From positions 3,646 through 67,645 of the forward strand of contig CAYRTS010000005.1 in assembly GCA_964427285.1 (NCBI GenBank): 64,000 nt of DNA. Direction: 5' to 3'. The notes beneath the pieces are model-generated. The model was not told the DNA's origin, did no database searches, and was given only the letters and a program-made list of their open reading frames with translations. This DNA comes from an uncultured Anaerolineaceae bacterium (GTDB lineage: Bacteria > Chloroflexota > Limnocylindria > Limnocylindrales > CSP1-4). Both the position numbers and the translations under genes were made by a program. Of the stretch, positions 9,325 to 18,136 are shown in pieces (position 1 is the stretch's first letter; every line of letters begins with the position of its first letter).

Positions 9325-10272
9325 CTACGTCGCCAGTGTCCGGCCCAGGATCTCCATCAGCATGGCGATGAACCTGGGTTCATCCGCGTTCATGGCGAAG
9401 TCGACATTGGGCGCCTTGCGACTTCTGCCACGAAAATCGCACACCGTCCGACCCTGCGACAGTTCGCCGCCGGTCTCAACGTCCACGTGGATCAGGTGCG
9501 TGGTGATCACGGTCGGATCAATCACCGCGCAAACCGCCAGTGCGTCGTGGACCGGCGCCGCGCCGAGTCGGTGCATCGGCTGGGTCGCGTCGTAGCCCTC
9601 GATCCGCTTCTCGACGAAGATCGCGGTAGCCACCGCGGCCGGCGTGCCAAGGGCGCGGAGGCGGACGCAATCCTCACGCGACACCAGCGCCTGGTGGGTG
9701 GCGTCGAGCGGCACCATCCGGATCGGACGCCCGCAGTTGACCACGATCCGCGCCGCTTCCGGGTCCAGGAAGATGTTGAATTCGGCCGAGGCGGTGGCAT
9801 TGCCGTGGTCGTGGGCGCCGCCCATGATCACGATCTCGGGGATCCGCTCGATCATTCGCGGTTCCTTGCGCATCGCGGCGGCGACATTGGTCAGCGGGCC
9901 AACCGGGACCAGCGTGATATCGCCGTCCGATGCGAGGTAGGTATCGATCAGCCAGTCGACGGCGTGCTGGGAGCCCTTGCGCGAGCGCGCCGGTGGCAGG
10001 TCGAGGAAGTCGCCGTGGATCCGGGAGGCCGGGTTGAGTTGATGGGCATTGGGTCGCACGAGGGGCTGCGACATGCCTTCGTGAACCGGGACTCCGGTCA
10101 ACCCGATGTGGTCGAACACGCGGAGGGTGTTCTCGGTGCAGTTCGTGAGGGCCGTGTTGCCGTTTACCGTCGTCGCGCCGACCAGTTCGATGTCGGGCGA
10201 CAGCGCGGCCACCATCAGGGCCACGGCGTCATCGGTGCCGGTATCGACGTCCAGGATGATTCGTGTGGTCAT
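9325..10272 (-). CDS. Nucleoside hydrolase (IU-NH / Rih family)
   Basis: N-terminal DVDTGTDD, VGPLTN, AEFNIFLDPEAA and VHDALAV motifs. AAGGAGG RBS. Confidence 0.93.
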   Translation of the reverse strand: MTTRIILDVDTGTDDAVALMVAALSPDIELVGATTVNGNTALTNCTENTLRVFDHIGLTGVPVHEGMSQPLVRPNAHQLNPASRIHGDFLDLPPARSRKGSQHAVDWLIDTYLASDGDITLVPVGPLTNVAAAMRKEPRMIERIPEIVIMGGAHDHGNATASAEFNIFLDPEAARIVVNCGRPIRMVPLDATHQALVSREDCVRLRALGTPAAVATAIFVEKRIEGYDATQPMHRLGAAPVHDALAVCAVIDPTVITTHLIHVDVETGGELSQGRTVCDFRGRSRKAPNVDFAMNADEPRFIAMLMEILGRTLAT

Positions 10273-10361
10273 CGTCGTCGCTGACGCATCGGTCCCTCCT
10301 TGCTTGGCATTATGGCGCGGTCCCCGCGGCCCGGACAGCGGGGCGGAACGAGGTGCGCGAA

Positions 10362-11126
10362 ATGAACCGACGATCCGACGAGAGCTGGACGATGCCATTC
10401 GGCCATCCCTACTACCCGCCGCTGCCGGCGACCTATCGCGATGTCCGCATCCAGTCCGTCTTCTTCGAGACCGACCCCGAGGCGGTCAGCGCATTCCTCC
10501 CGGAGCCGCTGGTGGCCAGCCCGGACGGCCTGTGCGTCGCCATGGGAATCCTGGTTCCGTTCTGCACGGCGTACGGGGCGTTCAATGAAGCACTCCTGAT
10601 GCTGAAGGCGCGGTTCCGTGGCGAAGACGGCTGGTACATCCCGATCATCTGGCACGATGGGCCGGCCGGGATCGCTGCGGGCCGCGAGATCTACGGTGCC
10701 CCGAAAGTCTATGCGTCACTCGATATCCGGTTCGATGGGCCGACGATGCGGACGGTCGCCTCGATGGGCGGTGTCCCGGTCCTGACGATCGGCTCGACGC
10801 TGGACGAGCCGGTCTCGCCGGACCTGGTCCCGACCACGGCGCCCGATTGGCGGCTCAAGGTCATCCCGCGCGCCGACGGCCCTGGACCGGCGCTCAAGCA
10901 GCTGATCGACGCCTCCGGGGCCAACGCGGATGTGACCGTCGCAGCGGCGTTCCGGGGTCGCGGGACCGTATCACTCGGGGCGGCGCCGCTGGCCGACTTC
11001 ACGACACTTGCACCGCGAGCGTATCGCGACGCCTGGTTCGTCGAGTCCAGCTTTCGCGAAGGGTATGGCCGGATCGTCTACGACTATCTGGCCGACTCGC
11101 CGACCGACGCTGTGCCGCCCCGCTGA
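10362..11126 (+). CDS. Acetoacetate decarboxylase-like superfamily protein
   Basis: FETDPEAVSAFLPEPL and GREIYGAPK (conserved Schiff-base Lys position). GAGGTG RBS. Confidence 0.85.
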   Translation: MNRRSDESWTMPFGHPYYPPLPATYRDVRIQSVFFETDPEAVSAFLPEPLVASPDGLCVAMGILVPFCTAYGAFNEALLMLKARFRGEDGWYIPIIWHDGPAGIAAGREIYGAPKVYASLDIRFDGPTMRTVASMGGVPVLTIGSTLDEPVSPDLVPTTAPDWRLKVIPRADGPGPALKQLIDASGANADVTVAAAFRGRGTVSLGAAPLADFTTLAPRAYRDAWFVESSFREGYGRIVYDYLADSPTDAVPPR

Positions 11127-11241
11127 GGCTCGGGGGCCTGTCGATTCGGCGATCATGCGTTCGTCGTAGGAGCAGGTGGGCTCGAATACCACCCGCGGTG
11201 CCGCTGGCACCGCGGCATACCCGTCAGGGAGGGTTGATCAA

Positions 11242-11556
11242 ATGGCCAACTATCTACTCGTCTATCACGGTGGCGGGATGCCCGAAACCCCCGAAGAAGG
11301 CGCCAAGGTCATGAAGGCGTGGACCGACTGGTTCGGCACCCTCGGTGCCGCCGTGGTCGATGGCGGGAACCCCGTCTCGCAGGTCCGGACGATCGCCGCC
11401 GATGGCTCTGTCAGCGACGGTGGCGTCAACCCATCCACCGGCTATAGCGTGCTCAAGGCCGACAGCCTCGACGCGGCCGTCGCCATGGCGAAGGGATGCC
11501 CGGTCCTCTCCGGCGGCGCGAGCGTCGAGGTCGCCGAGACCTTCGAGGCGATGTAA
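11242..11556 (+). CDS. YciI/YCII-related protein
   Basis: YLLVYHGG..WTDWF..VVDGGNP..TGYSVLKADSLDAAVAMAKGCP pattern. GGGAGG RBS. Confidence 0.8.
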   Translation: MANYLLVYHGGGMPETPEEGAKVMKAWTDWFGTLGAAVVDGGNPVSQVRTIAADGSVSDGGVNPSTGYSVLKADSLDAAVAMAKGCPVLSGGASVEVAETFEAM

Positions 11557-11567
11557 CCGGGTCCTCA

Positions 11568-11599
11568 TGCGGCCGGGTCCCATTCGGGAGCCGGCCGCA
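11568..11599. terminator. GC-rich hairpin between convergent yciI-like gene and glpK remnant
   Basis: tgcggccgg-g-tccc-attc-ggga-g-ccggccgca: 13 bp stem with one mismatch, 11 nt after the yciI-like stop. No U-tract. Confidence 0.5.
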
Positions 11600-11797
11600 G
11601 GTCATGCCCGACGGCGAGGGCACAGGATGGCCCGTCACCCCGGGCCAGATGGACAGTGTGGTTCGGCGCGGTCCCGAGGTGCGGCGCCATTCGGCCCACA
11701 GGAACGTGCCGAATGTCATTTGTTGGGCGGGGTGGCGGCGTTGCTCGCCTGAGCGCACGGGCAGGCCGTCCGGCCTGACGACGTGGACCGCCCGAGA

Positions 11798-12322
11798 CTA
11801 CAGATCGACCCACCCGAGGCTACGGTCGACGCCCTTGTGCCAGCGAGCGATGCCGGCGGCCCGGGTCGACGCGTCCATCGCCGGCTCCCAACGCCGATCG
11901 ACACGATCCATGGCTCGAAGCTGGTCAAGGCCACTCCAGAACCCCACCGCCAGCCCAGCCGCATAGGCGGCGCCAAGCGCCGTGGTCTCGGCAATCGGCG
12001 GCGCCGCGAGAGGACGGTCGAGGATGTCCGCCTGGAACTGCATCAGCAGGTCGTTGGCGATCATCCCGCCATCGACACGCAGGTCGCCCGAAAGCGAGCT
12101 GCCCAGATCGGCGGCCATGGCCTCGCACAGATCGGACACCTGGTAGGCGGTCGCCTCCAGGGCAGCGCGCGCGATGTGACCGCGGGTCGCGAATGCCGTC
12201 AGGCCGGCAATCACCCCGCGCGCGTCGCTGCGCCAATGCGGCGCGAACAGCCCGGAAAACGCCGGAACGAAGACGACCCGGCCACTGTCGGGCACCGTGC
12301 GCGCCAGCGCCTCGATCTCGGA
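11798..12322 (-). pseudogene. glpK: Glycerol kinase C-terminal remnant (about 175 codons, 5' part missing)
   Basis: [49 protein letters not shown] are FGGY_C motifs. No N-domain, RBS or plausible start. Confidence 0.88.
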
Positions 12323-12728
12323 CTTCGCGCCCGCTGCGGTCGCGGCGGGCGTGACGCTCGTGATCGAGACCGAGGGCGATCTGCCGATCCTCGACCTCGA
12401 CCCGGTGCGGATGCGTGAGGTGCTCTCCAACCTCGTCGCGAATGCGTTGCGACATACGCCCGGGGGCGGCACCGTGTCGGTGGGTGGGTCGGCCAGGCGG
12501 CGGCTGGTCTGGCTGACGGTGCACGACACGGGGCCGGGCATCGACCGGGCGCTCCTGCCCCATATCTTCGACCGCTTCGTCAAGGGATCGGGGTCGCGAG
12601 GCTCGGGGCTGGGCCTGGCCATTGCGCGCGGCCTGGTCGAAGCGCACGGCGGGACGATCTCGGTGGCGTCGGCAGCCGGCGACAGGACCACCTTCCGCGT
12701 AGAGTTGCCGCGAACCCCAAACGACTGA
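12321..12728 (+). pseudogene. Sensor histidine kinase C-terminal remnant (HATPase_c only)
   Basis: N box [13 protein letters not shown]1 DTGPGI, F box IFDRF and G2 GSGLGL are present. No H-box, RBS or plausible start. Confidence 0.88.
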
Positions 12729-12792
12729 CGTCGAAGCCTGTGGGGCGCAGGACTCATGGTCCGGGGCGCACACCGCAGGGTTCAGCGGCGAG

Positions 12793-13176
12793 TCAGGCTC
12801 CAGCCTCGCGCGTCGACCAGTACTCCCGCCAGCCACCGAACCCGGTGATCTCACGGTGGATGCCTTCGGCCATCTCGCGCGGGAACAGGATGCCCGGCAC
12901 GACGCGACCGTCGGCCAGCTCCACTGGCCCGCGATAGAGACCCGGCGGCTCCCCGGCCTCCACGCTGGCCCAAACCTTGTCGGGCACGTCGTACAGCTCG
13001 CCCGGGACGGAGATCCCGCCCTCCGCCGCCTCGAACATGCCCGGGTGGACGTCTCCGATGGAATAGATCCGATAGCGCGGCGCGGTCATGAACTCGCCCA
13101 GAAATGTTGCGCCATCGAGGTTGGCGTTGAGCTTGAGGCCGCGCATGAGCGTGCCATTCACGAAGAGTTGCGCCAC
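12793..13176 (-). CDS. Stand-alone gamma-glutamylcyclotransferase-fold protein resembling the allophanate hydrolase C-terminal domain
   Basis: LFVNGTLMRG..TAPRYRIYS..GELYDVP..VELADG..EITGFGGWREY. AAGGAGG RBS before GTG. Confidence 0.8.
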   Translation of the reverse strand: MAQLFVNGTLMRGLKLNANLDGATFLGEFMTAPRYRIYSIGDVHPGMFEAAEGGISVPGELYDVPDKVWASVEAGEPPGLYRGPVELADGRVVPGILFPREMAEGIHREITGFGGWREYWSTREAGA

Positions 13177-13202
13177 GAAACCTCCTTCGTCACTGGAAGG
13201 GG

Positions 13203-13237
13203 GAGGCGCGGACGGCCTGAGGTTCCGTCCGCGCCTC
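13203..13237. terminator. Strong intercistronic stem-loop between permease and AH-C gene
   Basis: gaggcgcggacgg-N9-ccgtccgcgcctc, a perfect 13 bp stem. Confidence 0.5.
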
Positions 13238-13262
13238 GATCCCCCGAAACACTGATGCTTGG

Positions 13263-14885
13263 TCAGGCCATTTCGGACTCCGCTTCGGGCGGCGTGGTGA
13301 GCGCGGTCCGGAAGTCTGCCGACGTGGCGCGGCCCTCACGCCAGGCGACCACCCAGAAGACGATGGCCGCGAACGCGTAACCGAGGAAGACCGCGTTCGG
13401 TTGACCGAACACGATCGCCCCATCCACCACGGACACGATGAGCTGCGTGGCGTGGATGAAGCCGGTGACCGCGAGGATGGCGCCGACGACCGCGTAGACG
13501 ATCGCCCGGCTGTACTCGCGGTCGATGATGAACACCGCGATCGCGCCAAGGACCAGCCCGGCAACAACGGCGCCGCCACCGAAGATGGCCATCCCGTCGT
13601 AGATCACGCCCGCCCCGTTGAGCGGTCCAGAGCCAACCTCCGCGGCGCTGGTGCCGGCAGCCCCGAGCGCGCCATCGATCTGACCCTGGGCCCACGCGGC
13701 GATGTTCGGCAGCATTGCCAGGACGACCGCCGGGGCGTGTCGGGCGGGCGTCGTGGTGAACGCCTGTGCCCCGATCACGAGACCGATGAACAGCAGGATC
13801 GGGACGAGGGCCTGGATCGGGATGACGGCCAGGAACAGGCCGACCAACCCGAAGAGGCAGATCACTGCGACGACGACGCCGGTCGCCAGCGAGTAGCCGA
13901 TCCGGCCGCCGACGGCCTTCCAGCCGGGGTGGCCGATGTAGACGGCCGGCGGGAAGGGGCTGCCCAGGAATGAGCCGATCACGGCCCCGCCGCCGTCGGC
14001 CAGCAGGATGTGGCGGAGGTTGTAGTCGTCGCCGGCCGCCGAGGCGCTTTCGACGTTGTTCATCGCCTCGGTGAAGTTGTAGATGCCGAGCGGGATGGCT
14101 GTCACGAGCAACGGCAAAATCTGGCTCAAGCCGCTGATGACCTCGGTTCCTGGAATGGGCAGGTGGATGCCGAACTGGGCGAAGGAATCGCCGACGGCCT
14201 TGGGATCCATGCCGGTCCACGCGCCGCTCAGGTAGGCGATCCAACCGATCGCGGTACCGACCACGACCGCGAGCAATCCGCCGGGCACGCCGCCGGGCAT
14301 CCGGACGCCGGCCGTCCAGCTGAGCAGGATGATGGCCAGGACCGGCAACGCGATCCAGGGCACCTCGAACATCTGGAAGGCGGGCCGCATGGAGATGAAC
14401 GCGATCGAGATCCCGGCCAGCGTCCCGAGCATCGCCGCGCGGGGGGTGAAGCGCCGGATCGTCGGGCCGACGAAGGCTCCGATGAGGATGATCACGCCGA
14501 CGATGAACGCCCAGGCCAGGCCAGCCATCCAGGCCTCGAGCGGGGTCCCGCCGCGCAGGACGATCGGCAGCATGATCACGAAGGTGACGAAGAAGTAGTG
14601 CGGAACGCTCGGCCCGTACGGCATCGCCGTGACGTTCTCGCGACCCGTCTGCTTCGCTAACCGATAGGCCAGGAAGGCGTAGAACAGGTTGCCCAGCGGC
14701 AGCGCGATCGCCAACGCGGGCAGGATCCGTCCATAGACCGTGCCGGTGTCCAGGCCCACCACGAACAGGGCGAGGCCGGACAGCACGAGCACGTTGAGCA
14801 GGACGTTCGTTCCGAGGCCGAAGAATGCGTTCCAGTCACCCGGCACCCAGAGCTTCGGCTTGAATGCGCTGGAATTCGTGGTCAC
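13263..14885 (-). CDS. NCS2-like (xanthine/uracil/vitamin C permease-type) transporter
   Basis: 540 aa, many TM helices, with PGDWNAFFG, TAMPYGPSVPH and PFPPAVYIGHPGWKAVGGRIGYS motifs. GGAGAGG RBS. Confidence 0.85.
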   Translation of the reverse strand: MTTNSSAFKPKLWVPGDWNAFFGLGTNVLLNVLVLSGLALFVVGLDTGTVYGRILPALAIALPLGNLFYAFLAYRLAKQTGRENVTAMPYGPSVPHYFFVTFVIMLPIVLRGGTPLEAWMAGLAWAFIVGVIILIGAFVGPTIRRFTPRAAMLGTLAGISIAFISMRPAFQMFEVPWIALPVLAIILLSWTAGVRMPGGVPGGLLAVVVGTAIGWIAYLSGAWTGMDPKAVGDSFAQFGIHLPIPGTEVISGLSQILPLLVTAIPLGIYNFTEAMNNVESASAAGDDYNLRHILLADGGGAVIGSFLGSPFPPAVYIGHPGWKAVGGRIGYSLATGVVVAVICLFGLVGLFLAVIPIQALVPILLFIGLVIGAQAFTTTPARHAPAVVLAMLPNIAAWAQGQIDGALGAAGTSAAEVGSGPLNGAGVIYDGMAIFGGGAVVAGLVLGAIAVFIIDREYSRAIVYAVVGAILAVTGFIHATQLIVSVVDGAIVFGQPNAVFLGYAFAAIVFWVVAWREGRATSADFRTALTTPPEAESEMA

Positions 14886-14973
14886 GTCTTGGTATCTCCC
14901 TCTCCTGCGAAGCCAACGCGGGCCCCGCGTACGCTCCCTCCGTGAACTCCTCGCGGCGATCAGTCGATAGGCA

Positions 14974-15684
14974 TCACGCCGTCGCGGCGGCGGGGGCTGC
15001 CGCGACGGCGTCCGGGAACTGCTGGCCCAGGGCCTCGAGGAAGTCCGCCGACTTCCCGACGAAGCCGAAGATGCCGCCCTGGGCCTTGATCATGTCCAGC
15101 GCCACCCGCTGGAACTCCGGGAAGTACGAGGCCACGGCGTCCTCGAGGACGAGGGCGTCGTAGCCCCGGTCGTTCGCCTCGCGCACGCTCGTCTGGACGC
15201 ACACTTCCGTGGTCACGCCGCACACGATGAGCTGCCGGATGCCGCGGTTCTTGAGGATGGTGTCCGTGTCCGTGGCGTAGAACGCGCCCTTCCCCGGCTT
15301 GTCGATGATCGGCTCACCGGCGATCGGATAGACCTCCTCGACGATGTCGTGTCCATGCTCACCGCGAACCAGCAATCGCCCCATCGGGCCCTGGTCACCG
15401 ATGTGGATCTTGGGCCTGCCGCGCTCGTACTTCGCGGCCGGGAGGTCTGACAGGTCCGCTCGGTGGCCCTCCCGCGTGTGCATGATGAACAAGCCGGCTG
15501 CCCGGCACGCCTTGAGTACGCGCTCGGCCGCAGGAAGGGCCTTCAGCAGGAAGGAGGTGTCGTTGCCGAGCGATTCCCCGAAACCGCCTGGGTAGACGAA
15601 GTCCCGCTGGAAATCGATCATGACCAGGGCGGTGGTTTTTGGATCGAACTCGAACTCGTACGGTTCCGCCTTGGCTGACAGCAT
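14974..15684 (-). CDS. Isochorismatase-family cysteine hydrolase, triuret hydrolase (TrtA)/biuret hydrolase clade
   Basis: Triad context IDFQRDF, IDKPGKGAFYATD and GVTTEVCVQT, plus HTREGH, REANDRGY and QGGIFG. GAAGGAGG RBS. Confidence 0.85.
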   Translation of the reverse strand: MLSAKAEPYEFEFDPKTTALVMIDFQRDFVYPGGFGESLGNDTSFLLKALPAAERVLKACRAAGLFIMHTREGHRADLSDLPAAKYERGRPKIHIGDQGPMGRLLVRGEHGHDIVEEVYPIAGEPIIDKPGKGAFYATDTDTILKNRGIRQLIVCGVTTEVCVQTSVREANDRGYDALVLEDAVASYFPEFQRVALDMIKAQGGIFGFVGKSADFLEALGQQFPDAVAAAPAAATA

Positions 15685-15707
15685 CTCGTCGCCTCCTTCG
15701 TTCCTGG

Positions 15708-16694
15708 CTATGCGCCCGCCTGCACCGGATTGGGCAGGATGCGCGTTCCGGTTTCCCCGGCGATCGCCCGTTCGAGCGCCGCCGGGGTGGTGATGAGGAC
15801 TTCCTGGCCGCCGCGCTCGAGGAAGCGGATCGCCGCCTCGATCTTGGGCCCCATCGATCCCTTTGGGAACTCCCCCGCCTCCAGGTACTGCCTGGCCTCG
15901 TCGATCGCCATCCGATCGACCCACCGTTCGTCCGGTTGGCGGAAGTGGATCGCCACTCGCTCCACGCCGGTCGACAACACGAGCAGCGGGATGTCCAGGC
16001 TCGCGGCGAGCAGCGCCGAGGCGCGATCCTTGTCGATCACCGCCTCAACGCCTCGGTAGTGGCCTCGGCTCGTCTCGACCACGGCGACGCCACCGCCGCC
16101 GACGGCAATCACGATGAAGCCGGCCTCGACGAGCGCGCGGATCTGGTCGCCCTCCACAATCCGCAACGGCTCCGGCGACGCGACCACCCGGCGATAGCCA
16201 CGACCGGAATCCTCGATCATCGTCCAGCCGTTGCGCGCGGATTTCTGGTCGGCCTCCTCCTTCGAATAGAACGGGCCGATCGGTTTCGTTGGACGGCCGA
16301 ATGCCGGATCGTCCGAATCGACGACGACGTGGGTGAGCACGCACACGACGCGATCCGGCAGGCCGCGGGCCGCCAATTCGTTCAACAGGGCCTGGCCCAG
16401 GATGTGGCCAATTCCGCCCTGCGAGTCGGCCACCGACATCTCCAGGCTCAGCCGCGGCACCGGCGCATCGTCGGGCACCAGCTCCGAGCGAAGGAGGATG
16501 AAGCCGACCTGCGGGCCGTTGCCATGGGTGACGACAACGCCCCAGCCGGTCGCCACCAGGGCGGCGATGTGCTGCGAGGTCTCGCGGGCATTCTCGTACT
16601 GCTCCTCGATCGTGCCGCGCTGGCCGTCCAGGATCAGCGCGTTCCCACCGATCGCGATGACCGCCCGATGATCCACGGTCAGGCTTCCGTCCAC
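15708..16694 (-). CDS. arcC: Carbamate kinase (ArcC/YahI family)
   Basis: AIGGNAL, THGNGPQVG, PTKPIGPFY, YRRVVASP, EAVIDKD and GSMGPK. Confidence 0.95.
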   Translation of the reverse strand: MDGSLTVDHRAVIAIGGNALILDGQRGTIEEQYENARETSQHIAALVATGWGVVVTHGNGPQVGFILLRSELVPDDAPVPRLSLEMSVADSQGGIGHILGQALLNELAARGLPDRVVCVLTHVVVDSDDPAFGRPTKPIGPFYSKEEADQKSARNGWTMIEDSGRGYRRVVASPEPLRIVEGDQIRALVEAGFIVIAVGGGGVAVVETSRGHYRGVEAVIDKDRASALLAASLDIPLLVLSTGVERVAIHFRQPDERWVDRMAIDEARQYLEAGEFPKGSMGPKIEAAIRFLERGGQEVLITTPAALERAIAGETGTRILPNPVQAGA

Positions 16695-18136
16695 GAACGG
16701 TTCGCAACCCCGAGGGCAGCGGCGAGACCGCCAATGGCTGCGGCGAAGCAGGCCAGCGGCGCGCGGGCGATCCCCGCACCGATCTGGCCGACACCTGCCT
16801 GACGGTGGGCGATTCCCGTGTTAATGACCGGGGCGATCCCGGAGTCCACCACCCGGCGAGCATCGATCCCCGTCGGCGTCCCGATGAATCCCAGTGGCGG
16901 GAGCGCGTACGACGGGTTTCGGGCGAGCGTGATCCGTCCCATCAAGCGAGTGAACTCCAGTGCATCGGCCGGGCTCCCACCTACGAACCGGACGATGGCC
17001 GGCGCCGCCGCCATCGCAAACCCGCCGATTCCGAACGTCTCGGTGATCGCGCTGTCGCCGAGGTCCGGGTTGGCATCGTCGGGGCCGTAGCCCGGGAAGT
17101 AGAGCCCATCCGGCACCCCGACCGGCGTCGTGAACCAGGCGTCCCCGGTGCCGGACATCCGGATCCCGAAGTCAACGCCGTTGCGCGCCATCGCCGTCAC
17201 GACCGTCGACGCGTCGATTCCGTGCGCCGCATCCAGGGCGGACTTGCAGGCGGCCATCGACAGGTTCAGGAAGAAGTGGTCGTTACTGCGCAGGAAGTCG
17301 AGGACGGCCGCCGCGGTCGCCCGGTCGGCCGTGCGGACCAGGGCCGGAGCGATCGCCCGCGCAAAGAGCGAGGTCGCGGCGATATTGCGGTTGTGCCCTT
17401 CATCGCCCATCTGCAGCGCCTGGCCGGTCAGGCTGCGCAGGTCGAGCGGCCCGCCGGCTCGCAATGCACCCGACAGCGCCGGGCCGAGCGTATCGACGAA
17501 CCAGCGCAGGCGCTGCAGGACGGACGCGTCGTAGGCACCGAAGCGGAGGACCTTGCCAAGGCCCTCATTGAGGGTCGCGTGGGCGCGCGTCCCCGCGCTG
17601 ACATTCTCGACCACGACCACCGGCATGGACGGGCTGATCACGCCGGCCATCGGCCCGACGGCCGCATGGTGATGGCAGGGCGAGAGGCTGACCCGGCCGG
17701 ATTCGACGAGCGCGGTCGCCTCCTCCGGCGTGCCGGCCCATCCCTCGAACAGGGTCGCGCCGATGATGGCGCCCCTGACCGGCCCGCACATTCGATCCCA
17801 CTCGATCGGCGGGCCGGCGTGGAGAATCTGCCGATCCCCGAGTCCGAGAGCCACCCGCGCAGGCTGGACGTCGAGGAGCATTGGCTGGGCGGCCAGCAGG
17901 CGTTCAACCGCCGTGGCATTGGCCGCCGCGACCCTCCGACCGATCGGATCGTCCGGATCGTCCTCCAGGCGCGCAAGCAGCAAGCCGAGCTCTCGGTCGC
18001 CCTCGGCCGGCGGCCGCCAGTCGAGGTTGGCGACGGTGGCACCGTTGGCGACGAGCGGGGGGGCGAACATATCAAGCCCTACGTTCACTGCGCGCACGCC
18101 CTCGGGGAAAAGCACGGACGTTCCGGTCTGGCTCAT
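16679..18136 (-). CDS. DUF1116 protein, YahG-type (AllG/YlbE family)
   Basis: YahG-like N-terminus VNVGLDMF..LDWRPP, then ILHAGPP, PCHHHAAVGPMAG, LQMGDEGHNRN, NPDLGDSAITE and INTGIAH. Confidence 0.9.
   Translation of the reverse strand: MSQTGTSVLFPEGVRAVNVGLDMFAPPLVANGATVANLDWRPPAEGDRELGLLLARLEDDPDDPIGRRVAAANATAVERLLAAQPMLLDVQPARVALGLGDRQILHAGPPIEWDRMCGPVRGAIIGATLFEGWAGTPEEATALVESGRVSLSPCHHHAAVGPMAGVISPSMPVVVVENVSAGTRAHATLNEGLGKVLRFGAYDASVLQRLRWFVDTLGPALSGALRAGGPLDLRSLTGQALQMGDEGHNRNIAATSLFARAIAPALVRTADRATAAAVLDFLRSNDHFFLNLSMAACKSALDAAHGIDASTVVTAMARNGVDFGIRMSGTGDAWFTTPVGVPDGLYFPGYGPDDANPDLGDSAITETFGIGGFAMAAAPAIVRFVGGSPADALEFTRLMGRITLARNPSYALPPLGFIGTPTGIDARRVVDSGIAPVINTGIAHRQAGVGQIGAGIARAPLACFAAAIGGLAAALGVANRSWTEA

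Noticed and set aside
11453-11758. Short minus-strand ORF containing MTFGTFLWAEWRR after glpK'
   Set aside because: No RBS, overlaps the yciI-like gene and the hairpin, and has no sustained protein-like pattern.
14974-15684. Calling the hydrolase biuH
   Set aside because: Most diagnostic residues are TrtA-like and specificity cannot be fixed without an alignment or assay, so no gene symbol is given.
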